Assembly (NCBI RefSeq): GCF_009914755.1
Contig: NC_060936.1
DNA length: 64,000 bases
DNA from: the human T2T-CHM13v2.0 reference genome, Homo sapiens
Strand: one strand, 5' to 3'
Below are positions 24,820-38,900 of the stretch, one piece after another. Under the pieces are notes generated by a model. The model was not told where the DNA came from. It saw only the letters and a list, made by a program, of their open reading frames with translations, and did no database searches. The position numbers were made by a program, and so were the translations under genes. Each line of letters starts with the position of its first letter. The stretch's first letter is position 1.

Positions 24820-25135
24820 AGCCAGGCATAGTGGCTCATCCCTGTAATCACAGCACTTTGGGAGGCTGCACCCAGAAGATTGAGACCAGGAGTTTTAGAC
24901 TAGATCACTTGAAGTCAGTAGTTTGAGACTAGCCTGGGGAACATAGCAAAACCCCATCTCTACAAAAAATTTAAAAATTAGCTGGGCATGGTAGCATGCA
25001 CCTGTAGTCCCAGCTACTTGGGAGACAGGCAAGAGGATTGCTTGAGCCCAGGAGTTCAATGTTACAATGAGCTATGATCACACCACTGCACTACAGCCTA
25101 GGCAACCAAGCATGACTCTGTCTCAAAAAAATAAA
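24820..25135 (+). mobile_element. AluJ-like with a small internal duplication around the B box
   Basis: The segment ggagttttagactag is repeated imperfectly as gtagtttgagactag (~24889-24932). Confidence 0.85.
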
Positions 25136-26170
25136 TATATGTGTTTTTTTTTCTATTTTTTTCACCTGGAAATTTGTAGTCTTAGATTCTGCATTTAGGT
25201 CTATGATCCATTTTTAGTAAATTTTATAGTTTATAAATTTTTCTATACTATATATTTTATTAGTATATTTTATATACTATATATATAATTTTTATAGTAT
25301 AGCAAAGTATGGAGTGACGTTCATTTTTCTGCATATGGGTATCCAATTGTTTCAGCATCATTAGTTAAAACAACTGTCCTTTTCCCACTGAATCGTACCT
25401 TTTAAAAAATCATTTGTTTGTGGCCCTATTTTTTATTCTATTCCATTCCATTAATTAACTTCCCTAACTTGATGCCAATACTACACTGTTTTGATTATTG
25501 TTGCTTCACATTGAATCATTAAATCAGGTAGCATTTGCTCTCCAAACTTGTTCTTCTTTTTCAGAATTGCTTTGGCTATTCTAGTTCCTTTGATTTCTTT
25601 TCCTGGGATTGCATTGAATTATCAATCTGTCTGGAGAAAATTGGCATCTTAACAATATTGAGTATTCCAACCCATGAATAAATTATATCTTTCGACTTAT
25701 TTAGGTCTTAATTTTTTCAAGAATGTTTTGTAGGTTTCAATGTACAGATCTTGCAAATCTTTTATGCTACTTTCAGGCTTATTTCATATTTTTGATAGTA
25801 CTGTAAGTGGAATTGCATTTTAAAAGTCAATTTCTGATTATATGTTGCTACTGTATAGAGATACATTGATTTTTGTATATGAATTCCATATCTAGCAACC
25901 TTATGAAACTCATTTATTAGTTCTAAGAGCTTTTTAAAGATTCCATTAGATTTTTACATAGGCATCATGTCATCTGAATAAAGACAGCTTTACTTCTTGC
26001 TTCTAAGATTTAGATGCCTCTTTTTTCCTTTCTTGCCTTTTTCCTTAGAACCTCTAGTAGAATACTGAATAAAGAATGGACATCATTGCCTTGTTCTTGA
26101 TCTTAGGGAGAAAGTAGTCAGTCTTTCACCATTAAGTTGTTAGATAAAGGCATTCTGAAGATGCCCTTTG

Positions 26171-26756
26171 TGTCAGGGGTCCCTAAGACAACCCTCAGGG
26201 TTGATGATTTCCTAGGACTCACAAGACTCAAAAGTTGCTCTACTCATGGTTACACTTTATTACAGTGAAAGAACATAGAGTAAAATCAGCAAAGGGGAAA
26301 CGCACATGGGGTGAAGTCTAGAAGAAACCACATACAAGGTTCCAAGCGTCCCTTCCCGGTGCAGTCACATGGGACACACTTCATTCTCCCAACTATGTGT
26401 GACAATATGTGCAAAGTGTTACCAACCAAGGAAGTTCATTTGAGCCAAAGTGTACAGGGCTTTTACTGGGTATCAGTCATGTAAACATAACAGCACCTGT
26501 GTGACTGACCTGTTACTGAAGCTCCAGATTCCCAGAGGGAAGGCAGGTCTTCACCGTAAACTGCATTGCTAGTATAAACAATCTGGACAAACTGGTATAG
26601 CACGGCTCAAAGACTCGGGCATGCAAATACACTATTAAGACAAAAAATTTCAAGAGCTTAGTTCCCTGGAGGTGAGCAAAGGACAGTCATGGAAACAAGC
26701 TTAAGAATGGGCAGGGTTTCAACAACCCCAGCCTGTTGCGTTAACCCCCTTCCACA
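26171..26756 (-). mobile_element. Solo LTR, MER77/MER21 family
   Basis: TG...CA bounded: tgtcaggggtccctaagacaacc...gttaacccccttccaca. Internal aaaatcagcaaaggggaaacgcacatgggg resembles this family. Confidence 0.7.
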
Positions 26757-29074
26757 TACCGTCCATCAGGTTGAGCAAGTTCCTTTCTATTCCTAGGCTG
26801 CTGAGAATTTTAATCAGGAATCGATATTCGATTTTGTCAAAGGCTTTTTCTGCATGTACTGGAATCACCACATAGTTTTTCATTTTAGTTTGTTTACCTG
26901 GTGAATTACATTGATGGCTGTTCAAATATTAAACCTTGCATTCTTGGAATAAACATCAGTAGGTCATGATGTATTAATCCTTTTATATATGTTAGATTTG
27001 AGTTGCTAAAATTCTGTTTAAAATTGTGCATGTATGTTCATGCAGGATATTGGTCTGTAGTTTTCTATGATGGGTTTTGAAATAAGGGTCTGACAGCCTT
27101 ATGAAATGAGTTGTGAAGTATTACCTCCTCTTCCATTTTCTAAAACTGTGTTAATTAGTATTATTTCTTCCTTAAATATTTGGTAGAATTCACCACTGAA
27201 ACCATCTGGACCTAGAATTTTCTTTTAGAATGATTTTTTTCTGCAAATTCAAATTATTTAACAGATGTTGGACTATTTGTGTTATCTGTTTCTTCAGTGA
27301 GCTTTAGCAGTTTGTATCTCTCTAGGAATATGTCTATTTGATCTAAGTTGTCATACTGCTTGATATAAAGTTGTTCATAACATTCCTTTATTATCCTTTT
27401 AATGTCTTTAGAATATGTAGTGATGTTACCTCTCTCATTCTTAATATTGGTAATTTGTGTCTTCTTTTTCTCCTGATCTGCTGGGCTAGAAATTTATTAA
27501 TAGTCTTGATGTTCTCAAAGAACTAGCTTTCAGTATCATTGATCTTCACTGTTGTTTTCTGTTGTAGTGATTTCCACTCTAACCTTTATTTCCTTGCTCC
27601 TGTTTAACTTCTTCTTTTTCCAGTTTCTTAGAAAGCTGTGATTATTGATTTGTAACATTTCTTCTTTTCCAATACAGCCATTAATTTAGCTACAAATTTC
27701 CCTCTAAGTACTGCTTTGGCACCATCCTACAAATTTGATATGTTGTTTTCATACTTTCTATTTTCTCTTTTCATTTCTTTAATCCATGGGTTACCTTAAA
27801 GTGTTATTTATTTACCAAATGTTTGGGAATTTTACAATCTTTCTGTTACTGGTTTCTAACTTAATTCCATTTAGGTCAGAAAGTACATCTTGCTTGACTT
27901 CAATTCTTTCAAATGTACTGAGATATGTTTTATGGGCCAGAATATGGCATATATTTTTACACGTTCTCTATGTAGTTGGAAAAAAATAAAACCCATGTAT
28001 TCAGCTGTTGATGGGTGAATTGTTCCATAAATGCCAAGCAGATCAAGTTAGTTGACAGTGGTGTTCAAGTTTGTTATACTGTTGCTCATTTTCTATCTGC
28101 TCATTCCATCAATTATTTGGAGAAAACTACTGAAATCTCCAGTTAACTGGGTATCTTTCTATTTCTTATTGCTATTCTATTAATTTTGTTTCATGTATTT
28201 TAAAGCTCTAATATTGGATGTCTAAAATATCTAGGATTGTTTCTGGTTAACTGATCTCTTTATCATTAAGAAATGACATTCTTTATCCTTGATAATATCA
28301 TTATCTCTGAAATCTACCTTAACAACAATAAACCACTCACACTTTCTCTTCATTAGTGTTAGCACTGTGTATCTTTCTCTATTTAGTTTTATTCTATTCA
28401 TGTCTTTATATTCAAATTGTATTTCTTACAGACAACTTATACTTGGGTCTTGTTTTTTTAATCCAATCTGAAAATCTCTGTATTTTAATTGGGGTGTTTG
28501 ATCCATTTACATGTAGTATGATTATTGATATGGTTAGCTTTAAGTTTACGTCTTGTTATTTGCTTTTTTTTTTTTTGGTCCCACCTGTTCTTTGTTCTCT
28601 TTTTTTTCTATCTTCTTTCAGATTGAGTGCTTTTAGGATTTCATCTTGTCTCCTTTGGTGGCTTATTAACTGTAACTCTTTGTCTACACACTATGTTTAT
28701 TTCTTCAGTTTCTATGCTAACACCCACTCCAATTTAACTTTTCTAGCTTCTGATCCAATCTTTCCTACCCATCATCACTTAAAAACAAACAAACAAACAA
28801 AAGACACTTCCTAGGATGTCTAATGAGCTTCACATTACTAAATCCTATGCTCTTTTCAGTCCTCATCTTACTTATCTCACGGTAACATTTCACAGTTTAT
28901 CCTCTGTCCTGAATAACTCTTCTCTTGGTTTCTATGACATGACACTCTCCAGATCATCTTATTTTTTTGTCCATAAATTCTCAGTCTCCTTTGCACTTTG
29001 ACTTCTCCTCAGCTTGTAACTTTTAGAGTTTCTCATGGCTCAGTCCTAGCCCTTCTTGTTTTCTCTCAGAATCT

Positions 29075-30835
29075 TCAAAAGACGGTCCTCAGGGATTATG
29101 AGATATTTCACAGGCATTTTCAGGGGCAAAGTAATGAAATAAATTTGTCTACATACATTTTGAAAAGTTGAAATGTAAGATTAATAATTTGTACGAAAAT
29201 CACTTTATTTTCTTTAAAGTTACCATTCACTATAATATCCCATTATATTCACTCTCTGTTGATACATTCATATCAGCCATAGTTAGCATTTACTTAAATA
29301 TAGTACTATAAAACTCAAGTAAACTTTCAGATTATTTTTCACACAAAGCACAAAGTCCATTTGCTTTGTTAATAAGGACAAAGAAGAAACCAAGAGAAAA
29401 GACGCATTCCTCAGCTAAAACAGGTAAAAATTCTTGATACTGCTGAGAAGCTAGTCAATTCAAATTTAATGCCTGAGAAGAAACAAGCTATTGACCAAAA
29501 TTCTTTATTAAATGATTCTACTGGATGTCATATATTATCATGCAACACAATATAGAAGAGCAATTACTGTCATGTTGAGTGCTTTAGCATATATTTTGTT
29601 TTACAATTGGACAAACTACCTGTGGAGAAAATATAAATCAGTCCTTGACACATATACAGTATATAAGGTAAAAGTACTCAACAACTTTTTGTTCTACATA
29701 TCAGTGAAAACTTATAGTACAGGGAAGACAGTTTTTATTTAGACAATGATACTTTTGTGAGCTATGACATAAGTTGAAAAAGGTGCCACACATTCAAAAT
29801 TGACAGAGCATGAAGTATACAAATAGCAAAAACATACACTGTTATGTTACTAAAAGATTCTTTATATGAAACAGGAGTCAACAATATGCCTCCTGATTAT
29901 AACTGAGTGTTGAAGGAAATAATGGAAATTAAACATCATCAAATATTGACTATTCAGAGTATGCGCTCTCAGATGTTGCAGAAGGAAATGGCAGCGTTTG
30001 CAAGATTATTCTTCCCACGCAAGTTTGCTGGCTGTCAAGGAAAAAAGGTGCTGACAAGTTTCTGAAATGAGGGATGAGATTTTAAAAAACAAAAAAATTC
30101 TTCATAATGCTGACAATACCAAAAAGTAATTCTATGTTTTCTAGAGGCCTGCTTAAGTGGAGTATAGCAGAGATATATCTAGAATTTTAAATAGCGTGAA
30201 CCTACTACTTCAGGGCCAAAATACCCTGATTTTTAATGCTGAGAATAAAATACCATATTTTTCAAAGTCACCAAGCTATGTTGCAAATGGCTCAATTGCT
30301 AGGATGTGATTCCTTCCCAAAACCTGATGGTTTTCTTCACTTCTTAGAGTGAGACTGATTACACTATTGTGTGTATAAAGAACATGACTAAATGTTAAAA
30401 CAAAACATGGGAAAATACTTTCCAGATACTGAAGAAGTCAAAAAATGACTTAAGAATCCATTTGTTACTATCTTCCAAACATTCAGGCTGGTTGAAACAT
30501 TCACCCTAATATTACAGGCTTCTCAATAACGCAACTGAAAGAGCACAAGATATAATCTTCAGGGAGAAGTCTTCCGATAATTTTTCAGTCTGTATTTGAC
30601 CTTGATATTCCTAAACATCTGACAGCGCCAGCAAACACAAGTTGCAATTCCTGACAATCTATAATTGTGGCACAACATTTCCTAATTTAGTAGACATACA
30701 GAGTAATCAAAATGTGGTCTAACCTACATCTCAAACTATTATCAAATTAGATATAAGTACTTTGTAAGAAGCTGCAAAAAAAAAATCATCCTTCTCAATG
30801 ATAATAAAAACATTAATTTCTAAAATACTGTTTTA
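29075..30835 (+). mobile_element. Charlie/Buster-type hAT transposase relic
   Basis: Degenerate motif equivalent to LLHTEVRWLSRGKVL (ttattcttcccacgcaagtttgctggctgtcaaggaaaaaaggtgctg, ~30005-30053). Also KNPF (~30452) and an FxTxYxC-like motif (~30648). Confidence 0.7.
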
Positions 30836-30840
30836 TTGGG

Positions 30841-31087
30841 GGCCAGGCACGGTGGTTCACGACTGTAATCCCACCACTTTGGGAGGCCTAGGCGGGTGGA
30901 TCACTTGAGTCCAGGAGCTTAAGACCAGCCTGGCCAACACAGTGAAACCCTGTCTCTACTAAAATACAAAAATTAGCCAGGTGTAGTGGTGCACATGTGT
31001 AGTTCTAGCTACTCAGGAGGCTGAGGCACAAGAATCACTTGAACCCAGGAGGCAGAGGTTGCAGTTAGCCGAGATCATGCCACTGCA
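30841..31087 (+). mobile_element. AluS, 3' end and tail lost
   Basis: Dimeric Alu ending at gggtgacagac and abutting L2. Confidence 0.88.
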
Positions 31088-31487
31088 CTCCAGCTTGGGT
31101 GACAGACTACCTATAGACACTGAGGCTCAAATTTCAATTTCCAGCCCAGCCTTCTTCTCTGAGCTCCAGACTTACCTCCCTAACCAACTGCCTTCCAAAC
31201 TTTACTACCTGATGCTTCATAGGCACATTAAACATAGTGAGTCCAGAACCAAACTCCTGTTATCTTCCATATGGCTCAGTGAAAACATCTTATTCCTGGC
31301 TGCCCATGCCAGAAAGCTAAGTCATCATCTAAGATGCAGCTTGAATTGATCTCCTCTCTCCCCACTTAGTAGTCACCTTCATAGGTGACTTCATACTTTC
31401 CCCACATAGTCCAAGTCACCTTCGTCTCTACCCTGGACTACACTATAACCTCCTAATTAGTCTTCCTACAGCCCCTTATCCCCCTCA

Positions 31488-31963
31488 GTATTTTCTTTTG
31501 CTGCTAGAACAAATTACCACAAACGCAGTGGCTTAAAAACAACACTAATTTATTTTCTTACATTTCTGAAGAAATCTTACATGCATCTCAATGGGCTAAA
31601 ATCAAGGTGAGTTTGATTCCCTTCTAAAGGTTGTATGAGAGAATCTATTTCCGTGGTTTTTCAAGCTTCTAGAAGCTACCCACATACCTTGGCTTGTGAC
31701 CTCCTTCCTTCATCTCCAAAGTCAGCCATGTTGTATCTCTTTGACCATTCTTCCATAGTCACTCCATGTCTTTTGTCCCCATGTTCTACTTTTAAGGACC
31801 CTTGCGATTACTTTGGGGCCCCCCTGGATAATCCAAGGTAATCTCTTTATCTTAAGGTCAGCTGATTAGCTAATTACCTCCCTTTTGCCATGTAACAACA
31901 TATTTACAGATTCTGGGTATTAATATGTGGATATCTTTAGGAGGCCATTATTACGTCTACCAT
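31488..31963 (-). mobile_element. MLT1 (D-like) solo LTR
   Basis: gctgctagaacaaattaccacaaac...ggcttaaaaacaacac and ggaggccattatt...ctacca termini. Confidence 0.78.
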
Positions 31964-32594
31964 ATTTTCTAATACATAAACTCATTTTCCACACATCAGC
32001 CAGAGTAATCTTTTTAAAAACATAAATATGTTCATGACACTTCCTTCAATGTGTTACCACTCCTCTAAGGATAAAGTTCAAAATCCTAAACATGTGCCTC
32101 AAATCCATGCATGGCCTGGTTCCTACCTCCTGGGCTTGTCTTCTGGTGCACTGTGTCCCAGCCACATAGGCTTCTCTCTTTTTCTCAAGCACCAAGCTCC
32201 TTTCTTTCTCAGGATCTTTGCTCACACTATCTCTGCTGTCTGAACAGCTCTCCCCACCTTCCAGCCAACCTTTACCTGGCTAACGCTTGCTCAATCCTTC
32301 AGATCTCTATAAAAGTTACTTTCACAGGGTGGCCTTTCCTGATTGCCCAGTCTAGTATTAGCTCCCCCTACACTGTCATAGTACTCTTTTTCTTTCATAT
32401 CTTTTTATCACAATTTAAATTAAATGTATTTGCATAATTATTTGTTTAATATCTGCCTGCCTGCACCAGACTGCAAACCCATAAAGGCTGGAGCCTAGTC
32501 TGTTCTGTTCACCACTGTAAACCCTGGGACTTCGCACTAACTAGCTTATAACAGGTGCTCAATAAATAAGTGAGTGACATTACATGTTATTATA

Positions 32595-32828
32595 TGACCA
32601 GCAGGCAGGTAGAGTATATGCAGTGTGGATATGCTGGACAAAGGGATGATTCGTGGCCCCAGGCAGGATGGAGCACAATGGCATGAGATTTTATCACACT
32701 ACACAGTACAGTATGCAACTTAAAAGTTATTAATTGTTCATTTCTGGAATTTTCCATTTCATATTTTCAGACCGCAGCTGACTTCTGGTAAGTGAAATTG
32801 TGGTAAGTGAAACCAGGAAAGCGAAACT
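32595..32828 (-). mobile_element. Tigger2/MER8 fragment containing an ISRE/IRF motif cluster
   Basis: ggatatgctggacaaagggatgattc...tttctggaattttccatttcatattttcagaccgc matches the Tigger2/MER8 terminal region. Confidence 0.8.
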
Positions 32829-33954
32829 AAAATAAACTAACAAATTACTAGAGAAACCCACACGTAGAATGTTGATTTTTAAAACCAAATTGCGCTTACT
32901 GATATCATTCATATGCTTATAGGAAGAAAAACTATTAGTAGTAATAAAATACAGTAGCAGTAAGACAAATATGTCTTATTTGGGTGGCAAAAGAAGAATG
33001 TGAGATGATCTGTGGAGGATTCCCCACTTTTAACAAAAGTCAGCCTGCTCTGCTGAAATTAGCAAAATCACACAGGTGATTTCAAAGAAAACCCATTGCT
33101 TACAAAGAAATGAGATAATGATATAACAAATCAAGTATATAAGACATTCATTAATGCCTTTATAATTCTCACAAACACACAAATAATCCAACAGCAAATT
33201 CTGATGTATGTGTGACGCAGGAGGGAAAATTCATAGTAGGAGCAAAGAATTATCTTTAGTCCTTGCTGGTACAACCACCATCATGAATTCAACAAATATT
33301 TATTGAGTGCCTACTATGTGTCAGGTTCTGTTCTCTAGTTGAAGATACTATAGGAAAAATAACAGAGAAAAACCCCTGTCCTTGTGGATCTTACAATATA
33401 GTGAAAGATTTAAAACCTTGAGTAAGACATATACTTGGGTGGCTAAAGGGTTTGTTATGGAAAAATTAAGAAGGACTGATAACAAAAAGGGAATAATAGC
33501 TACATAAAGATATAAATACAAAATGAAGGTTGTTGATGACAGATAGTGAAACTGAATATATAAGCAGAGAGCACATTCTCATTATTCTAAATTATTTTTG
33601 CTAAAATCAAATACAAGTAATTACTTTCCTCTAATGCAGCTTGAAGAGAGTATTATACGTATGAATCGAAAATACTAAGATGATGACTATTGTTATATGA
33701 TGCACAAGAAGGAACCATAATGTGCAACTACCAAATCCAGACCAACAGACTAGTTTCTACTGGATAAAAACTTAACTTAAAAACATAGGGAAATGTACTG
33801 ATAAACTTTCTAACTTATCTGGAAATATATTCCAGAAATGAGAGGGGAAGAATACTGATTATAGGAAATTATTGCAAATATGGAAATTAGGGGTTATTAA
33901 AGTAAATTTATGCAGTTATCTCAGCATAGGAGTAGTTTCTTATGTTTCATACAC

Positions 33955-34277
33955 AATTATGCATTGCATAAAAGCTTTCAGTCAACCATGGATCGCATAT
34001 ACAAGTGGTCCCAAAGATTGTTAACACTTTATTTTACTGTATCTTTTCTATGTTTAGATACATAAATACTTTCCATTGTGTTACGAATGCCTACAGTATT
34101 CAGTACAATACTATGCTGTACAGATTTCTAGGTTAAGAGCAATAGGCTATTCCATATAGCCTTAGGTGTGTAGCAGGCTTATGAAAGTACACTCTATGAC
34201 GTTGGCACAATGAAAAAAATCACCCAGCAATGAACTTCTCAGAACATATCCCCATTGTTAGGAGGCGCACGACTGTA
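33955..34277 (+). mobile_element. Tigger3a/MER7-like non-autonomous element
   Basis: gcatatacaagtggtccc...gcctacagtattcagtaca...ctcagaacatatccccattgttaggaggcgcacgactgta. Confidence 0.75.
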
Positions 34278-34429
34278 TTTAGTCCAACAACTTGCTGAAA
34301 TGTGATTCTACCATTTTTCCAGTCAACTCCTAAGTTTTAAATACCATACATCTGCCACCTTACCAGGCAGTTTCAACCATAACAACAGAAGAATACTCTT
34401 GGCAAATAGATCCCACTCTCTGAGGGTTG

Positions 34430-35103
34430 TGTTGGGGCTCAGAAAATACTACCCCGAAGTATGACACTTTGGCATGCTGAATACTTTGAACTAAAAGAGA
34501 TTGGAAGGCCTCAGAAGCAGCCTCGGAAGCAGTCTCTCCCTCTGATCTCCTGCCCTTCTGTCTCCTGCCCATCTTTCGTCCCAGAAGTGAGTCACAGAAA
34601 CCAGAATTCTTCCCCAAGGTGAGTGATAGAAACTAGGATCCCTCTCCTACAAAGCAAGCCATAAAAACTGGAACTATTAAGCTTTCCCTGCCATTGTCTA
34701 TAGGAACTGGCCATAAAGAAATTCTCTAATCTACCTTGCCTGATAGTAGGTCGCTAAGACCCTCATTCCAGAAGGGACCTTCCTCCTCCGTAGGAGGAAG
34801 AAATGATACACAGAGAGGCCAAGAAGAATCTGAACAAACAGACCTTGCTGGGCTTCCTTCCTCAGTTTATTAACATTAGAGTATATCCTTTGTCCAGTCA
34901 CATTTTTACACAGTTGTCTATTCTTCATGGGTCCTACGCATAAAAATAGAGATCTCCCTGGTCTCTGAAGTGCCTGGTGGTGTAAAACTTTGATTAGATT
35001 TGCTCTGCTTTTACCTTGTTAACCTATCTTCTGTTTTAAGGAGTGGTGGCTGTGATCCTTACAATGGGTGGTGAGGAAAGGTACTAAAGTTTTCGGCCCC
35101 TAC
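34430..35103 (+). mobile_element. MER39-family ERV1 solo LTR
   Basis: Starts tgttggggctcagaaaatactacccc and ends cccctac. 4-bp TSD gttg at 34426-34429 and 35104-35107. Confidence 0.8.
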
Positions 35104-35475
35104 GTTGCACTTTAAATAAATAAATGTATAAAAGCAAAGTAGACAAAGACACATGAAGTCATAATGAAAATACCAGAGTCAGCCAAGGAAGAAGGCAGAC
35201 TTGCAGTTGAAATGCTCCAGATCACTTTGTCCACCGAACGAAAACATCTAAGAACATACAGTCCATACTCCAAGTTTTAAACGACTGTCCACCAAGAAGG
35301 GAAAAGGAGAACTGATGGCTCCTCTTAGGCCCATTCAAGACAAGGGGGTCCCAATTCCCTTGCTTTAGACTGGTGGGACTGGCAGGTAAACCTGAGGCAA
35401 ATGACTGACTACAGGTTCCAAGGCCAGTTACTCCAATTAGAAAGCAAAACACAAAGTTTCAAAAAACAGTGAAGG

Positions 35476-35605
35476 CAGTCGGGAGGCTGAGGCACGACAA
35501 TCGCTTTAACCCGGGAGACGGAGGTTGCGGTGGGCCGAGATCACGCCACTGCACTCCAGCCTGGACAACAGTGCGAGACTCCGTCTCAAAAACAACAACA
35601 ACAAC
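35476..35605 (+). mobile_element. 5'-truncated Alu (right arm), CpG-rich, (CAA)n tail
   Basis: cgggaggctgaggcacgac...gagactccgtctc. Degenerate TSD at 35464-35475 and 35606-35617. Confidence 0.88.
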
Positions 35606-35734
35606 AAATGGTGAAGGGATGAGGCTGAAACATCACGGGAAGTAAAATAAATAATTGTAACAAGAAAACAATAAAGCATTGGAGAATCCACCCAGGCACT
35701 TCCACTGCTTAAAAAGGTACAGACTACAGAAGCC

Positions 35735-36215
35735 AAAAGGCCCGGGAACTCCGGTCCCGGAACTCAACACCCAGACTGAAGCGAGCGCGGGGAAGCAGTT
35801 CCGGTGACCCCCTCCCGCCCCTCTCTCATCAACCCCGCCCCCTGGGCCCGCCCCGTCCCGCCCGGCTACTCACTGGATTCGCTTCCCACATAACGGTGAC
35901 AAAATCGAGCGGAGAGAGCCTGTGGGAAGGGGCTAGCCGCGGGGCCTGGGTGTTGGATTTTTTTTTTTCCCGCGGGTCCCCGGGAGCGAAGGGACGGAGA
36001 TGCAACCTTTACGAAGGCCTTCCTCCTCCCCCTCCCTGTCACAAGCCAGCGTTTACAGACCACCCAACCTCCCGACTTCCGCCCGACGTTGGCCAGTCAG
36101 ATCTGTCTCCGCCCCACTCCTACAAGCTCGCCCCGCCCCTGCACGCTTATCCGTACGCGCGCGGGCGGTCGTCCTGGGCGGGGCTTGCGAGTCTGTGTCT
36201 GACGAAGGAGTTTAA
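35735..36215. promoter_or_regulatory. PARP11: CpG-island promoter of PARP11, probably bidirectional
   Basis: CpG-dense and TATA-less. GC boxes on both strands (~36129-36138, ~36175-36184) and ETS core acttccg (36075-36081). Contains the MWEANP exon. Confidence 0.88.
35874..35891 (-). CDS. PARP11: PARP11 (mono-ADP-ribosyltransferase) coding exon 1, MWEANP; remaining exons lie left of the window
   Basis: Minus strand gttATG TGG GAA GCG AAT CCA followed by donor GTGAGT (35873-35868), phase 0. The peptide matches the PARP11 N-terminus as I recall it (MWEANPEMFHKA...). Confidence 0.88.
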
Positions 36216-36309
36216 AGGGTTTCTGGTCCAACTGTATCACCCAGTGATCTTAAAGCCACGGCTGGCTGTATTTCTTTCCTATGAAACAAATTTTTATTGA
36301 TCACCGTGT

Positions 36310-36480
36310 AACGACCAAGAGTCACACAGGCCTGGCAATGGCATTTGGGAGAAACTTCATAATCTTTCAATATCTTCATCCTCAAAATGGAGATGGTAGT
36401 AATATCTCCCTATGAGTGAGATTATTGAAAGCATTTAGCACAGTATTTGGCACACAGAGTTCAATAAGTGACGGTTATTT
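36310..36480 (+). mobile_element. MIR
   Basis: MIR core cttcatcctcaaaatggagatg...aaagcatttagcacagtatttggcacacagagttcaataa. Confidence 0.7.
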
Positions 36481-36924
36481 GCTCACAAGGGAACCTTTAC
36501 ATACTATCCCTGCCCTCAAGATTTTATAATCTAGAAAAGAAAGCAAAAAGTAGTTTAGAAAAGTTAAAAAGTGCAATATGATTTATAGGTAATATGGTGA
36601 ATAGAGAGTGCTATGCGAGCATATTTACCTAGAGTAGAGTGTCAGGAAAGCTCCCTCAAGATGTTTAAAACCATGAGGATGTATTCCTACTGATGTAAAG
36701 AGAGCTAACAGAGTGAAATAATCTTCCATGCAACAAAGGATCTACCCCATAGGAAATGAAAATTAAACAGCTCATTATAGATCCTTCTGGACTTTTCTAT
36801 GCCTCTACACATTGAAAAAAATGTAATCAAAGAATACCTATAGATTTAGAACCTGATTTTTTTTTCACTTTAAAGATTATGTGGCTATCCTTCCATTCCA
36901 TTAAGTTTAAATCTGTTTCATCAT

Positions 36925-37222
36925 TTTATTTATTTATTTAGGCAGAACCTCGCTCTGTCGCCCAGGCTGGAGCGCAGTGGCGCCATTTTGGCTCACTGCA
37001 ACCTCCGCCTCCCGAGTTCAAGCGATTCCCGTGCCTCAGGCTCCTGAGTAGCTGGGATTACAGATGTGCGCCACCACGTCCCGCGAATTTTTGTATTTTT
37101 AGTAGAGACAGGTTTTCGCCATGTTGGCCAGGCCAGTCTCGAACTCCTGACCCCAGGTGATCCACCTGCCTTGGCCTCCCAAAGTGCTGGGATTACAGGT
37201 GTGAGCCATCTTGCACCCGGCC
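36925..37222 (-). mobile_element. AluS
   Basis: Reverse dimeric Alu with a (TTTA)n tail. Confidence 0.92.
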
Positions 37223-37299
37223 ATATTTTAAAGTAGACTCATGGCATTCCATAACTTATGCGTATACTACGTACACACAAATAGACACACACATTTGAA

Positions 37300-38900
<1,601 letters not shown>

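Larger units (their letters stand above)
28730..32578 (+). mobile_element. L2 relic split by Charlie, Alu and MLT1 insertions (pieces ~28730-29070, 31095-31490, 31985-32578)
   Basis: L2-like CT-rich sequence ending in acaggtgctcaataaataagtgagtga. Confidence 0.7.

Noticed and set aside
25215-25302. AT-rich stretch with short inverted repeats (ctatactata / tatagtatag)
   Set aside because: Low-complexity TA sequence where such symmetry arises by chance.
29075-30835. Possible domesticated Buster/ZBED-like gene
   Set aside because: Many stops and frameshifts; no transposase-like ORF appears in the track.
32786-32812. Two G|GTAAGT splice-donor matches on the plus strand
   Set aside because: Antisense to PARP11, with no supported plus-strand exon or acceptor upstream. 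The IRF-motif reading is better supported.
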